Shown here one piece after another: positions 11,608 to 20,705 of a DNA stretch of 64,000 bases. The DNA comes from an uncultured Candidatus Entotheonella sp. (GTDB taxonomy: Bacteria > Tectomicrobia > Entotheonellia > Entotheonellales > Entotheonellaceae). The stretch lies in the NCBI GenBank assembly GCA_965217185.1, contig OZ244252.1, forward strand, positions 1,888,001 through 1,952,000, given 5' to 3'. The position numbers and the translations under genes are program-made. Each line of letters starts with the position of its first letter. Position 1 is the stretch's first letter. The notes below the pieces were generated by a model. That model was not told where the DNA came from. It searched no databases and saw nothing but the letters and a program-made list of their open reading frames with translations.

Positions 11608-11889
11608 CCGCCAAAGCCGCAAGGGCTTAGTGGAGCGAAAGACCCGGATCTGATAACCCTGTACCGTCTTGAAGGTAGGACGCTGATAACGCTCGACACC
11701 GACTTCTCGGACATCCGAGCCTACCAGCCAAGCACACATTCAGGGATTGTGGTGTCTCGGCTTCAAAGTCAGATGCGCGACCACGTTCTGGAAGTCGGAA
11801 GACGTTTCCTCCAGGAACTTTCACACTCGACACTCGACGGTCAACTTTGGACCGTGGAAGAATCGCGGATCAGGATCCGTGATAGGTGA
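11608..11889 (+). pseudogene. 5'-truncated DUF5615-like PIN toxin
   Basis: Manual translation gives QGLSGAKDPDL...EGRTLITLDTDFSDIRAYQPSTHSGIVVSRL...GQLWTVEESRIRIRDR*. No start codon, and the N-terminal xxxDEN motif is absent. Confidence 0.75.
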
Positions 11890-11967
11890 AGGCCAGAAAT
11901 TGCGCCCCGCCTTGCACAGGTAATACGCGACAAAACCCTATCTTTTCAACACGGAGGCATTTCGGTT

Positions 11968-12837
11968 ATGCAACAGCGGCAACTTGGCAATATCCGCATC
12001 ACCCGTATCGTGGAATCGGTCGGCACCGATTTCCAACCCCTGACGTTTTTTCCTGAGACCGGCCCCGAGGACTGGGAAGCGCACCGCAATTGGATGCTGC
12101 CGCGGGCCATGGATACGGCCTCCGGCAATCTGATACTGGTGTTCCAGGCGTTCCTGGTTCAGACCTCGCACCATACCATCATCGTTGACACATGCGTGGG
12201 GGACGACAAGCCGCGCGAGGCGCGCCCAAGCTGGCACCTGCAACAACTCGGTACCTTTCTGCCGCTGCTGGCCAAGGCCGGGGTGACGCCTGAGGACGTC
12301 GATTACGTGTTTTGCACCCACATGCACTCAGACCACGTCGGCTGGAATACCCAGCTACGCGACGGGCGCTGGGTTCCCACGTTCCCCAACGCGCAGTACG
12401 TATTTGCGCGCGGCGAACTGGAGGGTTGGGAAAAGTTGCACCGCGAGACGCCGCAGCCGCACCTGATCGACAGCGTGTACCCGATTCTGGAAGCGGGTCA
12501 GGCAAAGCTGGTCGAGCCCGACTTCGCGCTCGACGACGAGGTGTGGCTGGAATCGACACCCGGCCACACGCCGGATCACGTGAGCGTGCGGCTGGCGTCG
12601 CAGGGGGCGCAGGCGATCATAACCGGCGATCTCATTCACAACCCGGTGCAATGCCTCGAACCGGCGTGGATCATGAGGGCCGACTTCGAGCCGGAGCGCG
12701 CCAAAGCAACACGGCAGAAATTTCTGGACGCGCACTGCGAGGCCGACGTGCTGATCTGCGCCACGCACTTTCCGGAGCCGTCGTTCGGGCGCCTCGTACG
12801 GCGCGACGACGCCTTCTGGTTCGATTACGAGGAATAG
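11968..12837 (+). CDS. MBL-fold metallo-hydrolase
   Basis: THMHSDHVG, TPGHTPDH, GDLIH and ATHF motifs. Confidence 0.9.
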   Translation: MQQRQLGNIRITRIVESVGTDFQPLTFFPETGPEDWEAHRNWMLPRAMDTASGNLILVFQAFLVQTSHHTIIVDTCVGDDKPREARPSWHLQQLGTFLPLLAKAGVTPEDVDYVFCTHMHSDHVGWNTQLRDGRWVPTFPNAQYVFARGELEGWEKLHRETPQPHLIDSVYPILEAGQAKLVEPDFALDDEVWLESTPGHTPDHVSVRLASQGAQAIITGDLIHNPVQCLEPAWIMRADFEPERAKATRQKFLDAHCEADVLICATHFPEPSFGRLVRRDDAFWFDYEE

Positions 12838-12849
12838 AGAGAGGCTGCC

Positions 12850-14004
12850 CTATCCCGGCGGCAGTCCCAGCCCACGCGTGGCCATGATGTTGCGCAGGAT
12901 GGACGAGGTGCCGCCCTGGATCGTATAGGCAGGGGCATACAGGTAGGCGCGGGCGACGCGGCCATCCAGCGGCGCGCAGGGAGAGCCGGGAAGCAGTTGG
13001 CCGTAGCCGCCCATAAGCTCGCTGGCGGCCTGCGCCAAGCGCTGCTCGAACTCGGTGCAGTACGCCTTGGCGGCTGCCGATTCGGCATTCGGTACGACGC
13101 CTTGGGTCAGCAGCCAAGCCACACGGTAGATCATCAGCTTGCCCATGGTGAATTCGATATGCAGTTGCGCCAGCCGATGCCGCACCACCTCACTGCGGCC
13201 CCTGCCGGTGTCGCGGACGTGGCGCCGTATGGCGTCCATCAGGGCATAGTTGCTCATCAGCCGCTCAATGCCGCTGCGCTCATAGTCGAGTTGCGAGGCG
13301 ATCTGATACCAGCCGCGGTCCTTCTCCCCCACCAGGGCCTCTTGCGGAATGCGCACGTCATCGAAAAACACCTCGTTGAAGTGATGCGCCCCGGTCATGT
13401 CCACAATGGGCTTGATGGTGATGCCCGGCGTTTTCATGTCGACCAGAAACTCGCTAATGCCCTTGTGCTTGGGCCCATCCGGCGTGGTGCGAGCCACCAG
13501 GTAGCAGTAATCCGCCTGGTGCGCAAAGCTCGTCCAGATCTTCTGCCCGTGCAGAACGAATTCGTCCCCCTCCTGCACAGCGCGGGTCTGCAAACCCGCC
13601 AGATCCGAACCCGCCCCCGGCTCGCTCATACCGATGCAAAACACCAGGTCGCCGGAAACGATGCCCGGCAGGAAGGCAGCTTTTTGCGCCTCGGAACCGT
13701 AGCGCAGGATCGACGGCCCCATCTGCCGGTCGCCCAGCCAGTGCGCCGCCACCGGCGCCCCGTGGCGCAGCAACTCCTCGGTGAGAATGAGGCGGTGGAG
13801 GTAGGTGCGGCCCTGCCCGCCGTATTCTCTCGGCCACGTCAGACCGATCCAGCCGCGGGAAGCCAGCTTCTTTGAGAATGCACGGTCGAATCCAAGAATC
13901 CAGGCGTCTTCAGCCACCGCCTGCGAGGACGGCAGCGCCTCCTGCAAAAAGTCGCGTATCTCCTGCCGAAAGGCCTCTTGTTCGGGTGTAAAACGGAAGT
14001 CCAT
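12850..14004 (-). CDS. Acyl-CoA dehydrogenase family protein
   Basis: GMSEPGAGSDLA, GQKIWTS, FNEVFFDDV and TIQGGTS motifs; start MDFRFTPEQ. Confidence 0.93.
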   Translation of the reverse strand: MDFRFTPEQEAFRQEIRDFLQEALPSSQAVAEDAWILGFDRAFSKKLASRGWIGLTWPREYGGQGRTYLHRLILTEELLRHGAPVAAHWLGDRQMGPSILRYGSEAQKAAFLPGIVSGDLVFCIGMSEPGAGSDLAGLQTRAVQEGDEFVLHGQKIWTSFAHQADYCYLVARTTPDGPKHKGISEFLVDMKTPGITIKPIVDMTGAHHFNEVFFDDVRIPQEALVGEKDRGWYQIASQLDYERSGIERLMSNYALMDAIRRHVRDTGRGRSEVVRHRLAQLHIEFTMGKLMIYRVAWLLTQGVVPNAESAAAKAYCTEFEQRLAQAASELMGGYGQLLPGSPCAPLDGRVARAYLYAPAYTIQGGTSSILRNIMATRGLGLPPG

Positions 14005-14022
14005 GATGCTCCACCGCGCCAC

Positions 14023-14811
14023 TCAAAAGCGGCGCTCGAATGTGATGCGCGTACCAACCGGCGCCTTGATCTGCGCCGACGCGTTGCCCTGCGTCAGGGC
14101 GATCTCCAAGGTATCGTTGCTGCTAACGAGCGCCACAAGCTCGCCCGGCGGCTGATTGCCATAGGTGGCGCAGAAAGGCACCGCCCAGCGGCGCTCGTCG
14201 ATCTTGAACGAGAGATTCCGGCCGACCTGTAGCCCCGGTAACAAATTTGGGGTGACGTTGGTGACGACATTGCCGAAATGGTCGACGTGCACGATTTCGC
14301 CCATCGCAGCCTGGCCAACTGCGCGCGGTGGATTGACAGGGAAGGTGTCCAAGTCTTCCACCGGCGGCCCGAAATCCGCCGCCGGCACCCCGCTGGCAAG
14401 ATGCGCCGCCACCGGAGCAAAGATATCTCGCCCATGAAAGGTCGACGAAATCCGATGCCGAAAATAGCCGCTCTCCGTCAGCTTGTAAGCCTCGCGCAGC
14501 CCTTGCTCTGCCAGCACGTGCGTGAACACGCCGTTATCCGGCCCGATGAACCATGTGCCGGACTGTGTGGCGCACAGCACCGGGCGGCGCGCCGTGCCGA
14601 CACCGGGGTCGACCACCGTTACCACGATGCTGTCGGCCGGCAGATAGCGGCTCGACGCCTCCACCAAATAAGCTGCTTGGCGCACGTCGAACGCCGCCAC
14701 CTCGTGATTGAGATCAATCACCGTCAGGGCCGCATTGATGCTCAGAATGACGCCCTTCATCTGCGCCACGTAAGCATCCCGCACCCCGAAATCGGTGAAC
14801 AACGCAATCAT
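14023..14811 (-). CDS. SAM hydroxide adenosyltransferase (DUF62; fluorinase/chlorinase superfamily)
   Basis: LFTDFG, VVDPGVGTARR, GPDNG, STFHGRDIFAP and VDHFGN motifs. Confidence 0.9.
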   Translation of the reverse strand: MIALFTDFGVRDAYVAQMKGVILSINAALTVIDLNHEVAAFDVRQAAYLVEASSRYLPADSIVVTVVDPGVGTARRPVLCATQSGTWFIGPDNGVFTHVLAEQGLREAYKLTESGYFRHRISSTFHGRDIFAPVAAHLASGVPAADFGPPVEDLDTFPVNPPRAVGQAAMGEIVHVDHFGNVVTNVTPNLLPGLQVGRNLSFKIDERRWAVPFCATYGNQPPGELVALVSSNDTLEIALTQGNASAQIKAPVGTRITFERRF

Positions 14812-14938
14812 TCGCTTCACCCTGCCGCACTCCATCCGGCGACCTTATTTTCGCTTTGCGTACATACGCGCCGATTTGGTAGCATAGCGCCTCATCAACC
14901 TTGGCAATGTCCATAAAGTCCGTTCAGAGGCACTCGTC

Positions 14939-15904
14939 ATGCAGTCTGTCTGGTGGGATTGTTGGCGCTGGGTGCGCGGCTTGGCAAACCGCAGAACCTT
15001 CTTCGCGCTGCCCTTGCTCGTGCTCCTGATTCTCGGCAGCGGCACTTTGAGCTTGGCGTATTTTGAGGCGCTGCCGACGGTGAACGCCGCGTGGTGGCGC
15101 GTGCTCGGCGCCGTCACCATGCTGGCCGCCCTCGGCCTGCTGGCGACTCTCGGCACCTCAATGATCGGCTTGGTGGTCAGCCCGCGCTCCGATGCCCGGC
15201 TCGCACGGCTGCAACCCTATACGGATCATTTCGTCCTGTGCGGCTGGAACACGAAGGCGTTACAGATTCTTGAGGAGTTGAGAAGCGACCAGCGCACCGC
15301 CAACGCCCCGGTGGTGCTGGTTGCCGACTTGCCCGAAAAGCCGGCCGAGGTGCCGCATTTCGTGCGCGGCAATCTGACGCTGAGCACCATGGAGCAAGCG
15401 AATCTGGCGGCTGCCCGCGCCGTCATTGTGCTGGGCGAGTCCGAAGACGACCCCTTTTCCAGCGATGCACGGGCCATCCTGAGCACACACGCTATCAAAT
15501 CAGCGTACCCGGGTTTGTACACCTGCGTTGAGCTTCAGGACGCCAGTAACCTGCCCCATTGCCGCAGCGCCCGCGCCGACGAGATCATTGTCGGCGGTGC
15601 TCTCAGCAGCGCCTTGCTGGCCCGCGCCGCCCGCGATCCCGGCGTCACCCGCATCGTCTCGGAACTGCTGCGCAGCCGACAGGGTCACGAGTTGTTTCTA
15701 TGCCCGACGCCGGTAGGCGTCGTCGGCAAAACGTTCCTGGAAATCCTCGTAGAGCTGAAACGGGATTACAATCTGTTGGTGGTCGGTATCCAGAGCGGCG
15801 AGGGCATCCTGCACACCAACCCGCCCGGCACCTACCAGATGCGGGCCATCGACCGGCTCTACGTCATCGCCGCCGAGCGCCCCTCGTTCGCCCCTGTGCG
15901 CTAG
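14939..15904 (+). CDS. Potassium-channel-like protein with TrkA-N/TrkA-C (RCK) domains, lacking a selectivity filter
   Basis: Two hydrophobic helices, then HFVLCGWN...FVRGN...ANLAAARAVIVL...ADEII and a TrkA-C tail (TNPPG). No TVGYG motif. Confidence 0.8.
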   Translation: MQSVWWDCWRWVRGLANRRTFFALPLLVLLILGSGTLSLAYFEALPTVNAAWWRVLGAVTMLAALGLLATLGTSMIGLVVSPRSDARLARLQPYTDHFVLCGWNTKALQILEELRSDQRTANAPVVLVADLPEKPAEVPHFVRGNLTLSTMEQANLAAARAVIVLGESEDDPFSSDARAILSTHAIKSAYPGLYTCVELQDASNLPHCRSARADEIIVGGALSSALLARAARDPGVTRIVSELLRSRQGHELFLCPTPVGVVGKTFLEILVELKRDYNLLVVGIQSGEGILHTNPPGTYQMRAIDRLYVIAAERPSFAPVR

Positions 15905-15909
15905 GCCGC

Positions 15910-16332
15910 TCAATTCGCACTGTAGTAACGCACTTCGATCCGCCGGGACTCGGGGTCCAAGAAATAGATCGACGTGCCGTTGCCGTGCGCCCCCCAGCGT
16001 GTTACCGGTCCCTCCTCGATCACCACGCCATGCGCCGTCAAGTGCGCCATTAGACGCGGCATGTCGTCCTCGTTCAGCACCAGACAGAAATGGTTGAGAT
16101 CGCTGCGCTCCGGCGTTGCATCGTCGCTTTCGGCAACGGGAAACAGGTCAATGACCGTATCGGCGCTGATTCGCACGGACGGAAATGGCACCTCTCCACG
16201 CCGGAACTCCGCCAGCCGCTCCGCCGGCAGCCCCAGCACGTGCTGGTAGAAATCCAGTACACCGTCCATGTCGCGCACGTTCAGAACGATATGATCCATA
16301 GCTGTCATACGGAACATGTTTCGATTCTCCAT
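15910..16332 (-). CDS. VOC/glyoxalase family protein
   Basis: DHIVLNVRD...FYQHVLGL...NHFCL...SIYFLDPE. Confidence 0.88.
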   Translation of the reverse strand: MENRNMFRMTAMDHIVLNVRDMDGVLDFYQHVLGLPAERLAEFRRGEVPFPSVRISADTVIDLFPVAESDDATPERSDLNHFCLVLNEDDMPRLMAHLTAHGVVIEEGPVTRWGAHGNGTSIYFLDPESRRIEVRYYSAN

Positions 16333-16356
16333 GGAGAGTTCGAGGCGGGGACGGAC

Positions 16357-16563
16357 CTACTCCTCCACCTCGTCGTCACCGGGCGCCAGCGAGCGCAGGT
16401 CATTTTCCGATGCCGGTTCGCCCGGCAGTCGGTAGTCACCGGACGCCCAGACACCCAGGTCGATCATGCGGCAACGTTCGGAGCAAAAGGGGTAGGACGT
16501 CGTTTCGGGCCACGTCACCTCGCGGTCGCAGCACGGGCACTGCCGGCGTAGCTGGCGTTTCAT
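16357..16563 (-). CDS. yacG: DNA gyrase inhibitor YacG
   Basis: CPCC...YPFCSERCRMIDLGVWASGDYRLPG; GGAGG RBS. Confidence 0.9.
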   Translation of the reverse strand: MKRQLRRQCPCCDREVTWPETTSYPFCSERCRMIDLGVWASGDYRLPGEPASENDLRSLAPGDDEVEE

Positions 16564-16698
16564 AGCCTCCCTTCTATAGAAGCCCACAACTCTGTGACGG
16601 GTCTGTCAGTATGCCAACCCCATACGGCCCACAACTCGACAACTGACGGGGAGCCTTTCGGTTGGTAAAGACAGAGGCGTTTAAAAGTTTGCTGCATC

Positions 16699-18068
16699 TC
16701 AAATGGCATCATCAATACCTTCGGAGAAATCAGGCATGGGTAATGGCGCTGAGGTGTCAATAGCTGCTTTCACGGTTGCCTCATCTATGGTGGCAGCTCC
16801 TTCCCGCATTGCGGTTTGAACAATGTTGGCGGCAGTTGAAAGAAGGACGCGTGGATGCAACATTTGCTGGTTACCAAGCAGAGCGTTCATGCCCTCTTCT
16901 GTGAACGGTTTTATAGTTCCGTTGTCTCCCTGATCAATCCGGTAGTGGTCTAGGTGAGCAACCACAATCTCACGGGCCTGGTCTTCCTTAGGTAAGGGCA
17001 ATTCCACCGAGTTGGGAGAGATTGGGTCCAAACGGGCAATTGCAGATAAACCCGCATCTCCCCAAGCTTGCGACAATCCAACGGAAGCCTGTTGGTGAGT
17101 TGTCAAAACATTAGAGAAAAAGTTATGTGTGGTGTTCGCATAGCCTGGTCGTATCGTGCAGAGTCCAAATTCTTTGGCGAATTCAATCCGATGTCTTCTG
17201 GCCATTTGGTCAACCAGATTTTCAATGTCATCAATAAACAAATAGCCTCCTGCGAACCCCGCAGCTCGCAAGAAATAAACCATATCATTGAAGAGCAGCG
17301 AGCGTGAATAATCCAAGATTTTAGTATCGCGTGGAACATACAAAGGCTCAAGATTACCGTCTCTTCGCAGAGAACGGAGGTAGTTTTCGAACTGTCCTTG
17401 GGCTAAAGCCTCAGCTACGATGGGCTGTATACCCTCATCCTGAAGTCGTCGCGCGATTTCCTGGTCCAGGACGGCAGTTTGGACCGCCTTGTCCTGCAAA
17501 ATAGCATTGTTGAGCAAGTTGTCGGGGTTTTCACTACCATCAGGATTTTGGAGCACGGCGCGCGCCTGTTCATCCGTCAGGGCTTCTAACCGAAGCGCCG
17601 CTCGCGAGGCATCCAATATGCCATTTTTGCAGATATCAACAAGCGCGGATAAAGCCAATTGTTCCATGTATCTGCGGTCTACTTGGGAGGGAAACGAGAC
17701 ATAAATGACCGCAGCCGAGAATTGTTCATTGAATTCGGTTCGTCCCCAGTCCTTATTGATCCGTTGCCGGAAATAGCGCAGTAGCGCGGTTTTGCCCATG
17801 CCACGCCCACTTTGCTGATCCCCTTTTACCATAGGTATGCTAAGCGGACTCGGTTAGAAAAGTCGTCGGGGCGAATAAGCAAACGCTCAAATTTCTCAAT
17901 TTCGACTTTTGCTGGCGACTCGGCGTAGATAGTACCGTTTCGTCGAGGGTCAGTACTATAGGGATTAACTGCGGGCTCATTCGGAAATGGCAAATCTTTC
18001 AATCCAAGTGATTCATAAGGCGACGGGTTGGAGGAGGCAGTACTTCTTTTGGGCAATTGCACCATCAT
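16699..18068 (-). pseudogene. AAA+/P-loop ATPase split by a frameshift near 17826-17832
   Basis: The N-terminal part (PYESLGLKDLPFP...RLAYLW*) joins the next frame at KGDQQSGRGMGKT (Walker A). LFIDDIEN is Walker B, and PFTEEG...HPR resembles an AAA+ lid. Confidence 0.75.
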
Positions 18069-19159
18069 GCTCTCCTTATGAGGTTGTAGATCTGGTTCGA
18101 TTCACGGCTCCGAACGAGGGGTTTGCGCCGGCCCGAAATCCCTGTGTAGCTCAGGCCGATAGTCAAGGGCGCCGGCTGCAAATCCAGCAATTGGTTAACC
18201 CCCTCGTCGAACGTCGCCTCAGGAATTCGAAGCTGCTCACAGGACAAGTCACGTACATCGGGTAAATCATAGTACCCACCTCGGGGCGATAACACCGAAA
18301 ACGCTTTGTCAAGGGCATTCAAAAGTTCTTGCTGCGTGACCTTATCCTTCATGTCTGGTTCACAGATATGCAGGAGGAAGGAGGAGGCAGGGTCGGAGGA
18401 CGGCGTAATCTCCAAGGGTATGTACCAGTTGTGTGGCGGAGAACCAACCACACAGGGCGAATAACTCTTCAGGAAATCGCATTCTGCGATGGATTCCTTC
18501 ATGATGTTCAACAAACGCAAGCTAACCAACCGGTCGGCGATGGAGCGGAAAAGCGTCACTGTAATGGAAACACTTGGCAAGGCACTTTTCAACACTCTCT
18601 CGATTAGCGCAGCCTCTATCTTTTTGGCTCCTTTCCCGTGGAAGGTTTCCCAAACAGTCGTGGCCGTCTCATGTGCATCTTCTCCGAATGTTGGCTCAAG
18701 TAGTCTCTGGATGTATCTTTTTTGCCCGACTTTACTGGTTTCGACAATTGGACGCCGCAGGCATCCTATCTCTAGATGCCTTTGTACCACGACACGAAGA
18801 TTATCGTATGTTTGAAGATGTACACGGGCCATGACCTGACGCAACTCAGCGTATCCGCGTCCATTTAACAGACCGAGAACTTCCCTACCCGATTCAGTCA
18901 ACTTGTAAGCGCCCTGATCGGAAACCGCGAATCCAAAATGCGCTAACTCCTGACAGACCTTTTCGCCGACTGTCTCGAAAGTTCCCCTGGGTTCTGGGAG
19001 CATGAGACGTAGTGCCTTATCACTGACATATTTCAGTACCGCACGGGAGATGGCGCTCACTTGTTCTTTCCGACGCACAGTTGCAGGGAGTGCAGCTAAC
19101 ACCCTGAGCCCTATATAGTGATAGCCGACATCCGCTATGTTGTAGCTGGATATATTCAT
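18065..19159 (-). CDS. Hypothetical protein, putative winged-helix domains
   Basis: 364 aa ORF with 4-bp overlaps on both sides. ELAHFGFA...YKLTESGREVL resembles a wHTH wing. Confidence 0.7.
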   Translation of the reverse strand: MNISSYNIADVGYHYIGLRVLAALPATVRRKEQVSAISRAVLKYVSDKALRLMLPEPRGTFETVGEKVCQELAHFGFAVSDQGAYKLTESGREVLGLLNGRGYAELRQVMARVHLQTYDNLRVVVQRHLEIGCLRRPIVETSKVGQKRYIQRLLEPTFGEDAHETATTVWETFHGKGAKKIEAALIERVLKSALPSVSITVTLFRSIADRLVSLRLLNIMKESIAECDFLKSYSPCVVGSPPHNWYIPLEITPSSDPASSFLLHICEPDMKDKVTQQELLNALDKAFSVLSPRGGYYDLPDVRDLSCEQLRIPEATFDEGVNQLLDLQPAPLTIGLSYTGISGRRKPLVRSRESNQIYNLIRRA

Positions 19160-19944
19160 TTTCTGGCCTTCGATACCGCTGTCCTGAATTCATCCAATAG
19201 CTCTGCACAATCCCCATTGGTCCGCCTGAGTTCCTGACTCAACGTTGGTGTCTGTAGGCCACCAACTGCCTTCAGCACGATGGTGTCCTCTGAACGGAAA
19301 CCACAACGGCTAGTAAGCCATGTTTCGCTTAGCGTGGAAGAGAGGTTATTCAATTGCGCGCAGAAATCTTGGAACCGCTCAATCACAGGAGGAGCCAGTG
19401 AAAGGCCTTTCTGAAGTTCAGAATTCATGATCCTGGCGTTCTGCACAAGAAGCGGCAGAGGGCGTAGGCCGGGCGCAATGGGGTGAATTCCCAACCCCAA
19501 ACAAGCAGCAAGTCCACTCTGCTCGAAAGGCGTATTGGACATAAACGCCGGGCACACTTCTCTCAGCAACAGAGTGGGATTGAGAGCCAGATAATCTAAA
19601 ATCTTAGCGAAGAAAATGATGGTATCGTTTTTCTCAGGCCGAAACCTTTGACGATTCTTTATCTCCAGTATCGCGGTCAAATCTGAAGTTTGCGCTACAA
19701 TATCAATCTCGTGAGATATACCAGATGCGGTGTCAAGGCCATCTCCAAGGTGCATTTCACGCTCAGGAGAGATTCTCCACCCCGGGAGATGAATCACACA
19801 ATTTTCGCGGAAACGCTGCTCAAATCCTTGGTCTGGCAAAGGTTCACGAGCAATATGTTGCCATTCTTGATTCACAAACTGGTAGCACCGTCTCAAAAAT
19901 TGAAGTGCCGATTGAGGCAAGCCATCATCTATTCGAATATTCAT
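19156..19944 (-). CDS. PD-(D/E)XK (Mrr/restriction endonuclease-like) nuclease
   Basis: GFEQRF...SGISHEIDIVAQ...AILEIKN fits the E...D...ExK catalytic pattern. Confidence 0.72.
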   Translation of the reverse strand: MNIRIDDGLPQSALQFLRRCYQFVNQEWQHIAREPLPDQGFEQRFRENCVIHLPGWRISPEREMHLGDGLDTASGISHEIDIVAQTSDLTAILEIKNRQRFRPEKNDTIIFFAKILDYLALNPTLLLREVCPAFMSNTPFEQSGLAACLGLGIHPIAPGLRPLPLLVQNARIMNSELQKGLSLAPPVIERFQDFCAQLNNLSSTLSETWLTSRCGFRSEDTIVLKAVGGLQTPTLSQELRRTNGDCAELLDEFRTAVSKARK

Positions 19945-20315
19945 AAACCGCCTTGGAAGGCCAGGGCATGTCTGGACAAGTAAGCTTCTGCCGCATCTGG
20001 GTCTGTCAAGACCTTATGTCGGGCTTTGTCCCTCTATATTCGCCAGAACTGGAATTGTTTTTCCGCCCACAAGTCAACTGCAATCTCAAATCGGTGACTT
20101 CCATTCCGTACTATGTTGGGCGCACGACGCCTACATCGGAGTTCCAGAGACACTGGACCAGCGTCGGTTTGGCAGACCCAAGATACGCTGCACGTTCTTC
20201 GCCACTCCCCGCCACCGTACCTTTGTGTAGCCGAAGTCGCTTTATTTCCAAAAACGGATGGCCCCCTTCGCAGAAGCCTGTTGCTTTTTCCCAAGACGTC
20301 ACCTCGCTCTCCCAC
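19941..20315 (-). pseudogene. C-terminal remnant of an upstream gene of the nuclease operon
   Basis: The frame reads through a TAG (20034-20036) as ...FEIAVDLWAEKQFQFWRI*RDKARHKVLTDPDAAEAYLSRHALAFQGGL*. It ends in an ATGA overlap with the nuclease start. The 5' limit is uncertain. Confidence 0.45.
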
Positions 20316-20351
20316 CGGTCTGCGTAGAAAACGTACAGGAAGTTCTGCGCA

Positions 20352-20627
20352 TCACGCATCGATCTGATCCTCAGCCAGCACAGGGGTGTGCTGGCAGGCT
20401 TCCAACTGGGTGCAGGTATATTGCAGGGTTTCTTCGGCGTGTTCCAGGATATGGTCGGCGTACTCGCTGTTACCGTGATTGACGGCGAAGTCGGCAGCGG
20501 CGAACTGCGCTTCAGCGGCACAACTGGCATCAATGACAAAAGTTTCCCGGTGTTCGACGGATACTCGGAATCGCACGAAAATCACCTCATCTCTATACTC
20601 TACTCCGCGCGGACGGGTTGACTTCAC
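20352..20627 (-). CDS. Small hypothetical protein
   Basis: Protein-like acidic ORF (RFRVSVEHRETFVIDASCAAEA...); no family recognised. Confidence 0.35.
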   Translation of the reverse strand: MKSTRPRGVEYRDEVIFVRFRVSVEHRETFVIDASCAAEAQFAAADFAVNHGNSEYADHILEHAEETLQYTCTQLEACQHTPVLAEDQIDA

Positions 20628-20705
20628 CCACCCTCTGACGGCCCGCGCCAGCCTAGCACAGCGCTCTAACCCTGTCTACGCGCTCCCTGGCCATGTCCGC
20701 ACACC

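Noticed and set aside
11380..11889. Programmed amber readthrough fusing DUF433 to the PIN domain
   Set aside because: The PIN part lacks its first catalytic motif, so a deletion that happens to be in frame is the simpler explanation.
14023..14811. Possible fluorinase/chlorinase (halogenase)
   Set aside because: It retains the Asp/Arg/His residues (VVDPG, RR, TFHGRD) typical of the common DUF62 SAM hydroxide adenosyltransferases, and there is no biosynthetic cluster context.
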